From NCBI RefSeq assembly GCF_036321535.1, contig NC_087436.1:11160001-11224000 (forward strand): DNA of 64,000 nt. Direction: 5' to 3'. Shown here in pieces: positions 35,431 to 48,814 of the stretch (positions are counted from its first letter, which is position 1; every line of letters starts with the position of its first letter). The position numbers were made by a program, and so were the translations under genes. Origin of the DNA: Camelus dromedarius. Taxonomy: Eukaryota. Below the pieces are notes generated by a model. That model made no database searches. It was not told the origin of the DNA and saw only the letters and a list, made by a program, of their open reading frames with translations.

Positions 35431-37284
35431 TGCATCAAAGTGTGCACAGAAAGCCGGTTAAATAATTTTTCATCTTTTAACTTGCCTACAATGTTATATT
35501 AATTCTATAACTTAATAAAAAATTATATAATTTTAAAGAAATTTTCTCTTAATCCCTTCCCAAGAGTCAGAATAGTCAGGATGTTCTAAAATTCTAAAAT
35601 TAAGCCATAACAAGCATTACCATTGAATGCCACAGCCATTTCTTTCTTTCTTTTACATCTTTTTCTTTTTAAGAATGTTAGATGGGAGCAGGAAGGGCAA
35701 GACTTACATCCCAGCTTGGATAATTATCGGGTTTTATTTAAACCAGGCATGAAGGGACACTGGGTGAGTTAATTAATATGTAAATCATCTATAAAATGAT
35801 GTGCAAAATTTAGATATACGTCAATACATCTCATAAGGGAGAGGAACTATACGTTTATCAAATTCTAGGATAAAAAGTTTAAGGACCACTGTTGTTCTTG
35901 TTGTTGTTGCTGAACAAGTGTCACATTTTTCTCTAGCTCTGTGTATTCACTGAAAATATATAGACCACATTTCTACCTCTCTGATCAGTTCTATTGCTTT
36001 CATTACCCTCTACTTTATTCACATCCACCTGCATAAACTGCAGTCTCCAAGTTCTCCCCAAAGCCATAAGATAAGAGATAAGCATAAAGCTCTGGCCATC
36101 TTTTTAATAATACCCAAGGAATATTTACAGGTCTGTGGATCTATATCTTTAAATTTGAATATTTGAGAAAAAATATTCCTGGTTACTATAAGCCTCTATC
36201 CAATGATATATTATTCTACATTTTGTTAACAGTTGGTGTTACTCAAAAAAGAAATCACCAAATTGGCATTTTCACCAGCTTCTCTATTTTTTTTCCCAAG
36301 AGAATTTGAATCATAAATTGAATCAGTTTTTTTTTTTTTTTAGGTTTGTGATACTCTGTTCAAATTATTGGCTCTATATCTTACTAGGTTTTCTAGATTT
36401 GGCAGCATTTATGTTGTTTTGCAAGAGAGAACTTCAGCAATTGATTTTAGTTTTTAGTTTTCTCTTATTTGAGAGGGGATAAAAAACAATCTCAAGAGTA
36501 ATGAAAAAATGAAAGCAATGAGAAAAAATGCATACGTGTGGTTTCTAAGAATGAGTGTTCCAAGACATCCAGCCAGATGTTTCCCAGTCACTTTGTGTAC
36601 CATTCTGGGCAAGTCTGTTTACTTCTGCACCCCAGCTAATGATTCCTACGTGGAGGTTCCAAGGAAGAGGTTATTATGCATAACACACACAAAGAGTTCA
36701 GACACAAAGAAGTTCGCACACAAAGAAAGTACGCTGCTCCACAGTCTTTTATTTGCAATTTCAAAATCCAACAACTCTGAAAAAGGAAATTTTTTTCTAT
36801 AATTAATTTGGCACTGAAACATGACCTGACTTGGATTCATCTGGTAATAAAACGTGACCCCTGTGGATGCAAGACTACTTTTAGTCATTTTTCATTCCTC
36901 TTAGTGTAAATATTCATAAGTTTTACTGTAGAACTGTCAATATATTGGATAACTGGGCGCTCGCCTGACTTTCCTCTGAGAGTGTTAAATAACACAGGGT
37001 ATATGAATCCTCTTAAGTTGTCTGAAACAGAAGATTCTGAATATAAAACATCTAAATCCGTGGGCTTTCTGTAAAGAATAGTAGAGCTAAGCTAACATTA
37101 TTTGATATATTTCATCCAAACTATTTCAAACATTAAAGCACTGCAAAGACTTTTTAACAATATAATAAAGATAGAAAAACATATCAATTAACTTCATCAA
37201 GGGGATGTTTTAACAAAATAACACTTTCTAATGAGATTAAATGTCTTTACAAAGATCTAAAAGAATCAAAAAGAAGAAGAATCA

Positions 37285-37505
37285 TCATAGCTAACATTCA
37301 CTGAGCTCTGATAAATTGGTTGGTGCTCCATTAAGCAATTTACATAAATTATTTCATTAATTCCTCTATACAACTAAATAAAATGCATGTTTTTTTTATT
37401 ATACTTGCTTTTTAAGGAAACTGAGGCACATAATAACTAACATTCTAGGATACATTTACAAGAGGTTGAGCTGGGATCTGAATCTAGTTAATCTGACTCT
37501 GGGGC
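37285..37505 (-). mobile_element. MIR fragment
   Basis: atagctaacattcactgag...aaggaaactgaggcaca...gagctgggatctgaatctag. Confidence 0.7.
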
Positions 37506-37649
37506 ATGTACCCCAGACCCATGTGGTACGTGGGTTCCGTAATGATAGGAAACTGGCCCTGAGACGTATTCTACTACCACAGTGTTGAACAGTTTGGTAC
37601 CGGCTCAGAAATAAACAGGCATGCCAAAACTAATGAGTGCAAATGCAAT

Positions 37650-38625
37650 GAGTGTTTCAGTTAACCGCATCACAAACGACCATGAAAATTAGTGGTTTAA
37701 AAAAAAATTATTATCTCTAAAAATTTTGCGACTTGACTGGGCTCAACTTGGTAGTTCTTGTTTGGTATTTTTCATATGGTTACAGCTCAAGGGTGGCTGG
37801 AGCTAGAATCATCAGAAGGTTTTTCTGGGATTCGTGTGCAAGGTGGTCCACTCACAGGTGCCAGTTGATACTGGCTATTAACTGGGGCTGTAACTGGAAC
37901 ATTGATTACATCTCTCCATGTGGCTCAGATTTTTCACAGCATGGTTACTAGGTACTGAAAGGGAGTGTTCCAAGAATGAGAACCCAGGAAGAAACTGTAA
38001 GACATCTTACAACACAGCTTCAGCAGTCCCAGAACATCTCTTTTGCCACATTCTGTTGGTCAGATGGGTCGCTGAGTCCAACCCAGATTCAAGGAGACAG
38101 TAATTTGATCCCATGTCTTGACATGAGGGGCAGCATATGCACAGAGAGGGCAGTAACTGATGGAGGCCATCTCTGGGTACTCTTCACCATGGCCCACCTT
38201 CTGGTTGCAGTCAGATAGCGTCTGGTGTTGGAGTTATCACAGGGACTGAGCCTCTAAAATAGTCATGTAAAAGGGCTGGCAGTTGGTGCTGTCACCTGGG
38301 AGCTCAGCCAGCACTGTCACCCAAGCACCTGCGTGTGACCCCTCCACGTAGCCTGGGTTTCTCTCAGCTGGTCGCTGAGTGCTGAGACACAGCATCCAAA
38401 GAGCAAACTTTTCAAGAGATTCATGTGGAAGCTGTCAAGCTACTTAGGATTTAGCCTCAGAAGCACCAGAACATCCTTTTCACCTCATACTGTGGGCCAA
38501 ACCGTTCACCAAGGCCAGCTCCATCTCAAGGGAGGACTGGATTCTACCCCCTGACGGGAGGGCAGCATGCAGGGTGGTTGCAGAAGGAGCTGACAGTGGC
38601 TGTCTTCAGACTCTCTACCATAATA
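37650..38625 (-). mobile_element. Two adjacent or nested MLT1-type LTRs
   Basis: Two copies of cagttg..gctg..., cagaacatc..ttt..cca.at.ctgt.gg.ca, cccagattcaagg motifs (37860-38190, 38277-38620). Confidence 0.65.
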
Positions 38626-38789
38626 AAAAACGAGATCTTTCCATAGTCTCAAAATCTCCTTCTAGTGGAAAAACCTGTCGGCCACTACTGTAACCCAATG
38701 AGCGATGTTAACACGACCATGAAGTGCTCAACGTGACTCCTGTGTTCCAATACAAAGAGCATAAATTGTATCTAATGTTGAAGAAATGT

Positions 38790-39420
38790 CAAACAAACCT
38801 CACTGAGAAAATGTACTCTTCAAAGTGCCACATCTTAAAATACAAAAAAAAAATAAAGGCTAAGGGTCTGCTCCGGGTTATAGACTAAGGGGGCACAATG
38901 GATGGATTGACATTTCTGGGCGGGTCCTGGGCAAAGGACTTCCTTTTCCTTTTTGCTTTTGCTGTAAATCAAATTATTAGGAAAACTGGCAAAATTTGAA
39001 AAAGGTCTTTACTTAAGATGAACACAATGAATCAACGGGGCACAATGGATGGATTGACATTTCTGGGCGGGTCCTGGGCAAAGGACTTCCTTTTCCTTTT
39101 TGCTTTTGCTGTAAATCAAATTATTAGGAAAACTGGCAAAATTTGAAAAAGGTCTTTACTTAAGATGAACACAATGAATCAACGCTAATTTCCTGCTCTA
39201 AATTATCATGCTGAGGCTATTTATGATTTGGGAAATGCACAGGGAAATATTTAGGAATGAAGGATCTTTCTGTCTACAATTTACTCTCAAATGGCTTGGA
39301 AAGTATTAGTAATAATAATAGAAAGATAAAGCAAATGTGGTAAAATATAAACATTTGGGGAATTTTTGTACAATTCTTGTAAACTTCATGTAAGTCTGAG
39401 TTTATTGCAAAAAACTTTTT
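38790..39420 (+). mobile_element. Old L1M 3' UTR fragment (contains the duplication)
   Basis: tgtctacaatttactctcaaatgg...gataaagcaaatgtggtaaaat...ttgtacaattcttg. Confidence 0.55.
38890..39184. repeat. Perfect direct tandem duplication, 147-bp unit x2
   Basis: ggggcacaatggatggattgac...aatgaatcaac at 38890-39036 repeated from 39037 with no mismatch seen. Confidence 0.95.
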
Positions 39421-41331
39421 AACAAAAGAAAAAAACAAAACTACAAGCAGGTCAAACATACTGGAGAATTCAGAAATGGAATCAAAGAATGAGCACAATT
39501 GCTATTTAGGAAAAGATTTGACAAAATAAAATGTCACAAACCAGCAAACATAGAGTCACACAAAATCCAAAACCGAACAACTTTCTGAGGAAAATCTTTG
39601 GAGCATAAATGACAGAGAGCTCATAGTCTTGATTTACAAAACGAATCACCGTTAAACAGCAAAAGAGGAGCAAAGCTAAGGAAAATGCACTTCATACAAC
39701 GGCAAATACGAGTAGCCAAAATATGTAGAGAAACGCTTCAGGACTTCTGCTTAAATTTCATGAGGAGAACGCACATGATTTTCTCCATCTTTTCCCAAAC
39801 CCCTACTAAGATTACAATAGAGGATTTTTTTTTATGAAGGCATAATTTTGTAAAGACAAAGACAGCATGAAATGAGACAACAGAAGACCGAACGGAGCAC
39901 AAAATTTTAGAATCTAGAAAGCAGACGTGGAAGTGGTACTGAGTTAGAACGGAGACATCTGGAAATTAAGTGCATATAGGGTTGGGCAATGAAGGAGAAT
40001 CAAGCCTATTTGTTTTGCCCTGGAAAGACCCACGAGTTGAGGCACCAGATACTTCTAAAAGTGGAAGTGCAGGACAGAAATGAAATGCAAATCATTCTAT
40101 TTGCCAAGCACACCTGTTTATTGGGGAAATCGGGTGAAATAAGGAAGCCAAAATGCCTGTCTTCATGAACCTAATCTAATCCTTCTAATAGGGAGCTTAT
40201 GTTCTATTAAATATACATATATATAAATATATACATATAGTCATAAGGGCTGTGAAAAAAATCAGAACACAGGTAGGTAGCATGGGCGGAAGTACATTTT
40301 AAAGTCTGCTGACCTGGAAAGCCCTCGCAGAAAAAGTGCCATTTGAGCAAAGACTGAAGGAATTGAGGGGCCACGCACGTGAAGACCTGGTGGAAGGCGG
40401 CACCGCAAATACAAGCGTCCTGAACTGGGATTGCACTTGACATGCTGGGAATGAGTCTGCAGAGGGGGCATTAAGGACAGGTGTTAGGAGACAGGAAATA
40501 ACCAGGACATCTTTACAAGGTTTTGAGAATAAGACCATGAGACTCTGTAATATTTGAAATTGAAATCTGGAGAATTAACTGAAAAGTCATTACAAAAGAG
40601 GAATTGGACTGGACTCCCAGAAACGGTTCCTCTTCCAACCCAACTAGGGAAAGATCTCTCTCCAGCAAACAGTAAAAGACAAGGTCTTTGCAGTCTTGAA
40701 AAGTTTGAGCCACAAAGCATCTAGTCCCAGAGACACAACTGATAGAGCGAAGTCCACACTTGAGAACAGAGGAGTCATGGAAGCCTGCTTTCCAGACCTT
40801 TCTGCCTACCAGACCTTTCTGATTACCAAACACTGCTGCTAACCAGCCCTTCCTGCTTACCAGACTTACCAGACATTGCCACCCCGTCCTCTGCTCCGCC
40901 CCCTGCTCCCACGGAAGGGTGGCCGCCCAGCAGCACATGGAGAATTTCTGTTTGGGAAAACTGGCCTACCAGATGAAAAGTACTCTAGGCTGACATTTGA
41001 CCATCTGACAGTGACATGCTGGGTCCCTCCCCAATCCCTCTGCAGTAACACGCAGTGGCTGACAGACCCTGCCGCCCTCCCAAAGCTTCCAGTCAATACT
41101 CGCAAATATGTTCAGCCAGTTATAAGATATTTGTGCAATGTCTCCAACTCAAAGGACAGACTAAAATAAATAAACCAAAGGAGCCCAAAGAAGTAGAGAC
41201 AACACTTAATACAGTGAAAAACAAAGTCCTTTTAAAAACTATGGTTAACATTTTTAGAGGGAGAAAAAAAAAAAAGACAATTGCAACTAAGGAAAAAGAA
41301 GAGGATGCCACCAAAAGAGGGTATCCAGATG

Positions 41332-41443
41332 TAGGGAGACCAACCATCCTGGCTTGTCCGGGACCACCTTCATTTTAGCACAGAATGTCTTCCATACCAG
41401 GACACCCACAGTCCCAGGCAAGCCAGGAGAGTTGGTGGCCCCA
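41332..41443. mobile_element. MER81-like hAT MITE
   Basis: ~112 bp with terminal inverted repeats tagggagaccaaccatcctggcttgtccgggac / gtcccaggcaagccaggagagttggtggcccca. Confidence 0.75.
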
Positions 41444-41582
41444 CTGAAAATGGAAAATGAGTTATTAGATTAAAACAACTGGGGTGACCTACCACATGTG
41501 GTCTCATAATGACTAAAGCATTATCTGAACCTTATTTCAGTGCTGCACTTTGATTCACCTCGTTTTCATTCACAATGTCATT

Positions 41583-41646
41583 TATAATATGATATATATA
41601 ATATAATATAATATAATACAATATAATATAATATATAATATAATAT
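41583..41646. repeat. (ATATA)n-type AT-rich microsatellite
   Basis: tataatatataatataatac... Confidence 0.8.
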
Positions 41647-41783
41647 GAATAAATTTTGAGAAAAACAAATGACAGCAGATATAAAGAGTCTGAGGATCAG
41701 AAAATAAAACTGAGGACACAAAGCAGGAGAACAAAGAGATACAGATGAAAAATAGAAGTGAAAGGTATTTTTAAAAAATGGAT

Positions 41784-41866
41784 GGGGGGAGGAGGGTACA
41801 ACTCAAGTGGGAGAGCACATGCTCAGCCTACACAAGGTCCTGGGTTCAATCCCCAGTACCTTTTCT
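41784..41866 (+). mobile_element. tRNA-derived SINE (Vic-1-like)
   Basis: gagggtacaactcaagtgggagagc...ctgggttcaatccccagtacc. Confidence 0.8.
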
Positions 41867-41960
41867 GGAAGAAAGGAAGGAAGGAAGGAGGAAGGAAGGA
41901 AGGAAGGAAGGAAGGAAGGAAGGAAGGAAGGAAGGAAGGAAGGAAGAAGGAAAGAAGAAA
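41867..41960 (+). repeat. (GGAA)n microsatellite as SINE tail
   Basis: Run of ggaa units. Confidence 0.9.
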
Positions 41961-42384
41961 GTGTCTAACAGGATTATTCATCTGAATAATAGGAATTCTT
42001 GAAAGAGAAAATAGAGGGGGAGGAAATTATCAAAGAACTAAACAAGAATTTTTGCAGAATAGAAGGGCATAAGTTTCCAGACTGAAAGGGCTCACTAAGG
42101 GCCCAAAATATTAACGCACAGGGAAGGGTTCCGCACTGCTGTTTGCACAAGCAAGAATGCAGAAGCAACCTAAATAGCTGTTATTAGCAGTGAAATCAAT
42201 TATAACAAATAAGAATAACATTAAATAATTATGACACAAATAAAATATAATTGGAACATGTTATAATTTTCTGAGCATTTAAAACAGTTTACTCAACAAC
42301 TTTTATTGAAGAATAAAACTAATGATATTTGCTGACATGGAAAGAACTCTATTACATACTGTTAGCTTAAAAAAGTAAGTTTCA

Positions 42385-42555
42385 GGGGGAGGGTGTAGCT
42401 CAGTGGTAGAGGCACATGCCTAGCATGCACGAGGTCCGGGGTTCAATCCCCAGTACCTCCTCTAAAAATAAATAAACCTAATTACCTCTCTGCCCCTCCC
42501 TGCCAAAAATAAAATAATTAAGTAATACAGTAATAAATAAATAAAATATATTTTT
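42385..42555 (+). mobile_element. tRNA-derived SINE (Vic-1-like)
   Basis: A and B boxes; TSD AAAAGTAAGTTTCA on both sides. Confidence 0.9.
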
Positions 42556-42832
42556 AAAAGTAAGTTTCAAAATAACAATGTATGGATGAGATAAGTTTTT
42601 TATTAAAGAATATATTAATAATCAAAAAATTAATATAGAGGTATACTAATATGGGTAAAATAACTGGGAAAAGAGAAAATCTCCATGTTATCAGCGACTA
42701 CCTTTGTAGAATAGTAGAATTAGAAGTTTAGCCCACATTTTTTACTTTGTACGGTTTTTTAGTAGTTGGGTTTTTTCCTTACCATGTGCAAATTATTTTT
42801 AAAATACTATGCATTTCATTTCTTTGTGATGA

Positions 42833-42850
42833 CAGCACCACCTAGTGGTC
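42833..42850 (-). promoter_or_regulatory. CTCF core motif
   Basis: Reverse complement GACCACTAGGTGGTGCTG fits the CTCF consensus CCASYAGRKGGCRS (one mismatch); isolated in AT-rich DNA. Confidence 0.55.
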
Positions 42851-42974
42851 TATTATAACTTTTTAAATAATTTGACTTTAATGTGGTATTTAATAGTATT
42901 TTAATGTGAAAATAAAAAAATACAGGACAGGAAAAAATTATTTTGATATAGTATTATAAAATATCAAACCTACT

Positions 42975-43378
42975 GTTATGCTAAGTGAACTAAATCAGAC
43001 AGAGAAAGATGAAAACCCCATGATTTCACTTCTAGGTGGAATCTAAAAACAAAGTAAGAAAACCAGAAACAGATTCATAGATACAGAGAATAAACTGGTG
43101 GTTACCAGAGGGGCGGGTGGGGACAGACGAAACAGATGAAGGGGATCAAGAGGTGAAAATTTCCAGTTATGTAATAAATAAATCACGGGGAGGTAATGTA
43201 CACAAAGAGAATAGTCCATAATACTGGGACAGCTTTGAGTGGTGACAGATGGTAGCTGGACTTTTTGTGGTGATCATTTCATAACGTATAAAAATACTGA
43301 ATCACTATGTTGTACATATTAATATAATACCATATTTTTAAAAAATTCATATGTAAAAATTCAAATTTAAAAAAATCA
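42975..43378 (+). mobile_element. L1MA-type 3' end
   Basis: ttatgctaagtgaactaaatcagacagagaaaga...aaactggtggttaccagaggg. Confidence 0.8.
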
Positions 43379-44056
43379 TAGAGAATGGAGTTGATAATTG
43401 CTATGAGTTGATAACTCACCTAGAGTTGATCATTACTGAAGCTGAACAGCGGGTATATTGGTATGTGTTTGTGTATATGTTTTAATTTCTCAATTATCAA
43501 GAATTAAAAATAATTAAAAAAATAAAAATAAAAGAACAAACCCTCATAACTTTATTTTAAAAATATATTTATCTTAGAATAATCCCCAAGATATATTAAA
43601 TGGAAAAATCAAAATACAGTAAAATGTAAGTAGTAATCTACTTACTTGTGCTAAAAATAAAGCAGAGTATTTCTGCATATTTGATTGTATGAGTTGAAGT
43701 TTGTGGTCTTTAGTGAGATAAGTAAATGCCTAAAAAACAAGAATGAGAGCAAGAATTTTGTATTCCCTTTTGAACCTTTTGGATTTTAAACCTTAATATA
43801 AAATGTACATTAAAAACAAAATCCATATCTAAAGCAAATTTGCTTTGTGTTCCTTTCGGGTCTTAATGTTACAGGACTAATCTTTATACACATCTTATCT
43901 ACACCGTATATGCTAAAGTAGAATTTGCCTTGAAATAAAACTGAGATGTTCACAGAACCAAATAATCTCATTAGGTTCCAAATCTAGAACCCCACTTAAA
44001 CACCTTGGGAAAACCCAAACTACCAAACGTTCTCTACTCTGAAAAAGGTCATGGTT

Positions 44057-44716
44057 TGCTCCACAGCCTACATCCTCACCTCATCAGAGGCCAGAAGTAC
44101 CACATCTCGAGGGAGAGTTTGAAGGAGGATTAATAAAGTGGCTGCACTTAGGCTAACAGATGGCTTATTCCTATGCTCGCCCTTAAAACGGTCAACTGGC
44201 CTGACTGACCGGTTGCTACTCACAGCTCCAGGCCCACTGTTAAGACTAAAGCTATTGGTCTTGCTGTTTCTACTTTATTCCAATAATCAGAAGCTGTAAT
44301 CATGCTTGGTCTTTGAGTCAATCTCCAGGGAGATCTCAAGGGAGAAGTTCACAGGACTTTAACCTTATGAAATAGCCTGAATTACCAAGAAGACCACACC
44401 TTGAGTGCTTACAAGATAAAGAGATCTAACCGCTGGCCTCTATAGAACTGGTCGCCTGGAGGCATCATGTTGCCATTCTAAGTCTTCTGATGAGAAAATG
44501 ATTCTGCTGCTTGTTATCAATGCTGTATTGTTTGAGCTATGGCTAGATAACTACCCACCCCATCTCCAAGGTGGGGTCGCAGTTCTGAAGGCACCAGCCT
44601 GCTGTGAGTCCCCTTTGCCAGGCAAGGCAATGAAATTGCCTCTTTTCTTCTAAGCTCCAAGACCTTGTCTCTGGGTTATTTGGCTCGTCAGGTATGGGGG
44701 TGATCTTTCGGCAACA
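44057..44716 (+). mobile_element. ERV1-type solo LTR
   Basis: TG...GGCAACA termini with 4-bp TSD GGTT (44053-44056 / 44717-44720); ccctttgccaggcaaggcAATGAAA degenerate poly(A) signal. Confidence 0.65.
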
Positions 44717-44879
44717 GGTTCACTATTAAAGGGAACAACTATCAACCCCTAGAAGAGAAAACTCTGGTCAGACCACAATGCAATGGTCCTGGACCAACCT
44801 TCTTTCCCTGAGTTAGTTCAGAGCAATTAGCAAAAGAGTGTAACTGGCAGCCAGCAAGTCCTCCACAGTGTCCTCATAA

Positions 44880-45765
44880 TGATCTCCAATTAAACAGAGA
44901 AGCATGAGTGGATGCAATATCTCTTCGAGGATCAGTAGCTGGTTGAACAACATAACCACAGAATACTGATTAATAGATTTGAATCATTTCGCAGATTTCA
45001 AGTGCTGGCTTCAGCCCATGATTTTCAAGAGTTCTACCAACAACTAGACACAGAAAAGGATATGCTTATCAAAACTGAAAGACACAAAGCCGTGAGAGAT
45101 GATATACGTTATGTGACAGAATTAGATGGCCCTGACATTGTGTGAAAGCTAGGAAAATGAAATTTGAGAGAAAGAGACATAAAGACTCATACCTATTTTC
45201 AAAGAAACGGTCTTCACTAGTGCAGGGCCTGGAAGGTCTAGTTTATCTGCAGCAGGTGTAAGAGCGGCTCGGGGATGTCAGCTCGCAGTGAGGATGCTGC
45301 TTCTGTGTATGGAGAGGTCGTCACCCAGAATGCAGAGGCAACACTCCTGTTCTGCTGTGTGCAGGGCAGGACTTCTGTAGATGCCGACCCCCTGGACTCC
45401 ACACTTCCTAGAAGGACACTGACAGACCATGACATTTCATGTAAGACAGAAATGACTTACCTGAACACAGCCAGGATTCACGGGACTTCAGCTCATGACA
45501 GAGGGCAAAGCAGAGAAAAGAACTAGCAAATTGAAGTCTCAGATGGAATGGAAGCTGTCCTCAAATAGCCCAAGTGCTCCAGGTGGAAGAGGAAGTAGGA
45601 ACCTTCCACGTGCCTAAAATGATAAAAATAAGCACTGTTGGAAGAAATTTCAGGGAAACTAAATTTGATTTAATGTAAATTGATCTTTTCTAATGGAATT
45701 CTACAAAAATGGAACAGACTACTTCCAGAAGTTGTGAGTCCCTTGATTCTGGAAAGCTTCAGCAA
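44880..45765 (+). mobile_element. L3/CR1-like ancient LINE remnant
   Basis: atgcttatcaaa..., gctgtcctcaaata, gttgtgagtcccttgattctggaa; parallels 57.6-58.3 kb. Confidence 0.4.
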
Positions 45766-45776
45766 AAAAAGGAAAT

Positions 45777-46675
45777 TTTTTCCTTTTTTTTAATTGAACT
45801 GCAGTCAGTTTACAATGTGTCAATTTCTGGTGCACAGCATAATGTTTTAGTCATACATATACATACATATATTCCTTTTCAGATTCTTTTTCATTATAGG
45901 TTACTCCAAGACACTGAACATAGTTCCCTGTGTTATACAGTAGAAATTTGTTTATCTATTTTATATATAGTAGTTTGTATCCGCAAATCTCGAACTTACA
46001 ATTTATCCCTTCCCACCTCATTTCTCCCTGGTAACCGTAAGTTTGTTTTCTATGTCTGTGAGTCTGTTTCTGTTTTGTAAAAGTTCATTTGTCTTTTTAT
46101 TTGATTCCATATTTAAGTGATATCATATGGTATTTTTCTTTCTCTTTCTGGCTTACTTCACTTAGAATGACCTTCTCCAGGTCCATCCATGTTGCTGCAA
46201 ATGGCATTATTTTATCCTTTTTTATGGCTGAGTAGTATTCTGTTGTATAAATGTACCACATCTTCTTTATCCAGTCACCTGTCAATGGACATCTAGGTTG
46301 TTTACATGTCTTGGCTATTGTAAATAGTGCTGCTGTGAACATTGGGGTGCATGTATCTTTTTGAATTAAGGTTCCCTCTGGATATATGCCCAGGAGTGAG
46401 ATTGCTGGATCATATGGTAAGTCTATTTTCAGTCCTTTGAGGGAACCTCCATACTGTTTTCCATAATGTCTGCACCATACTGCATTCCCACCAGCAGTGT
46501 AGGAGGGTTCCCTTTTCCCCACACCCTCTCTAGGGTTTTTCATTCATGGACTTTTGAATGATGGCCATTCTGACTGGTATGGGGTGATATCTCATTGTAG
46601 TTTTGATCTGCATTTCTCTGATAATTAGCGATACCAAGCATTTTTTCATGTGCCTGTTGGCCATTTATATGTCTG
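45777..46675 (-). mobile_element. Young 5'-truncated L1
   Basis: ORF 46097-46543 LPYDPAISLLGIYP...[14 protein letters not shown] aaa(a/g)aaggaaattt on both sides. Confidence 0.92.
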
Positions 46676-47305
46676 AAAGAAGGAAATTTCTACGTGGAAG
46701 TGCTATGAAAGGCACACTCTGCCCTGGCTAGAACCTCCAGTGTAATGTCAAAAGTGGCTAGACTGCCTTAGGAGAAAAGCATTCAGTGTTTCACCTTTAA
46801 GGATAAGGATTACTCTAGGTTTTTACAAATACCTGTTATCAGGTTGAGGACGATTCCTTCCACTCCTAACTTGCTGGGGAGTCTTGTCATGGAAGTGCTG
46901 TTGAGGAGTGGGGAGGCTGAATTAGAACCCCGTGGAACGTGGCCTGTGACAGGGCTTGGAGCTTCCCTGTCTCAATTTCCCCTGTTCTTTCAGACATCAG
47001 TGTGGTATTTCTTGCATTTTGGGAGAGATCACAGACTTTCATACAGCGGACATGTAAATTTAGCAGCCCCTTGTAATAACTCCCTCCATTCAAAGGCCTC
47101 AGAAGGGGAACATTTAATTAGTGCTAAAGTCTTCCCAGAAGTATTGCTCTTACTGCATTAATTTATTAATTAATGCTTGTAGGGTAAAAAATAATAATAA
47201 TGAATAAGAGAAAGTAAAGGAATGAGATAATCTAGGGAAGTAAACATCAAAAAAAAAAAAAAGAGGGGGCTACTTAAAATGCAAGGATAAAAAATAAGAC
47301 AAGCT

Positions 47306-47417
47306 AGGGGGTGGGGAATAGCTCCGTGGTAGAGCCCATGCTTAGCAGACATGAGGTCCTGGGTTCAATCTCCAGTACCTCCATTAAAAAAAAATTTTAA
47401 AAAACCCCAAAAAACCC
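47306..47417 (+). mobile_element. Short tRNA-derived SINE
   Basis: A and B boxes; TSD AAGACAAGCT on both sides. Confidence 0.88.
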
Positions 47418-48814
47418 AAGACAAGCTGACAACTAATTGTAAAGTCTCAAGATAAACAGTGGTTGAAAAGTGGTTAATTTTTCACCAAACTCATATTTGT
47501 TCAGCCCGGCTAATCCTTAAAGAAGGCTATAGAAATTGACCTGTGTTCAGCCACGTCACTCCCATAAACCACCTGTTGAACCTCCATGTGTGTCAGTTGA
47601 GGACCCGCTCTGCTGGCTCAGAACTATGAATGTTGGTAGTATTTGCAGGAGGGTGTGACACTGATGGTAAATAAATAACTGAATTTTATTCACACTGTTT
47701 CCTTTTTGATACTTCAGAAGTTGTTTTTTTTTTTTTCCCTTTCGTTTAGAGGTACAGCTTCTCCTTGGACAAATCCTACTCCAGCTAGGAGATTACTAAA
47801 CTTTGCTTAATGAAGTGGCCTCAGGAAGCACCTACGTTTTCACTGCCTGGTAGAGTTCAGTGAAATGTTTATTAACGGCTGCAGCCTGTCCCGTCCTGAC
47901 CCCAAGACACTGAAGCCTCTTTGTGAATCAGCCCCATGGGTTTCTGCCTAGCCTCTCTCAGGGACAGGAATACTGCTGGTAAGTTTTTTACAAAATCCTT
48001 ATACTTTTTAATCTCTAAACGAAACTATCTTTTTATTAGTCCATATGGACCAGTAATATATTCTACCACCAGAGCTATGAAATTCACTTACTGTTCTTCC
48101 TGAAGATTTTTTTTTTAAACTAAGAGAAATATAGTTAAAAGGTGGAGGAAAAATCTCTACTTTGTCGAACAGCCCTTCTGAATACCTTTCTCCTCCTTTG
48201 CTATGATTGGTTTCTTTGTGCTAGTTTCCCACCCCCCAAGTTAGAAGATAATGTCTTTTCATTTAATTCTAGGGTTGAATACAGCAAATTAAATGAAATC
48301 ACAAGACCACACTCGGACTTTCTTGCTGTTAAAATATGATGAAAGCAAGAAATAATTTCAAGAGAAATAATTCTGAGGAATATAGTTAAATAATGTTGTA
48401 TTTATTTTTAGTGTAGCTTGAAAGCAGATAAATGACAACATTTCTTCCTGAATATTTCTAAAGCCCTGTAACATAACTCTGGGGATATAAATCTGTGACC
48501 AACATAATTTTTTTCTAAATATTCAACTAGCAATCTGACATAAAATATTGTGGGGAATGTTTCAAAAATCAGGTTTGATCAAACTGATGTTGTGTTGTGT
48601 GATGAGGTACAGAAGAGCTCCCCAGGCTCACAAGACAACTCTCTGTTGAGACAGAGCAGCAATGACATTATCAACAATTAAAAACAAAATGTCTCTGGGA
48701 TGCAGTATTTATAATCAGTCTGCACAAACACACACAAAATGCTGCTTTTCACATCTAAAAGCCCCACCTTGAGTTATTTTATCTAGGACTGAGCAGCAAA
48801 AATGTTTTGTTCCC

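Larger units (their letters stand above)
39738..42120 (+). mobile_element. HAL1 / old L1 5'-ORF1-like remnant with several nested insertions
   Basis: ggacttctgct start, A-rich decayed ORF1-like text (aataggaattcttgaaagagaaaatagaggg...gtttccagactgaaagggctcac). Confidence 0.45.

Noticed and set aside
38890..39184. 147-bp unit equals nucleosome core length
   Set aside because: Only two copies, so probably coincidence
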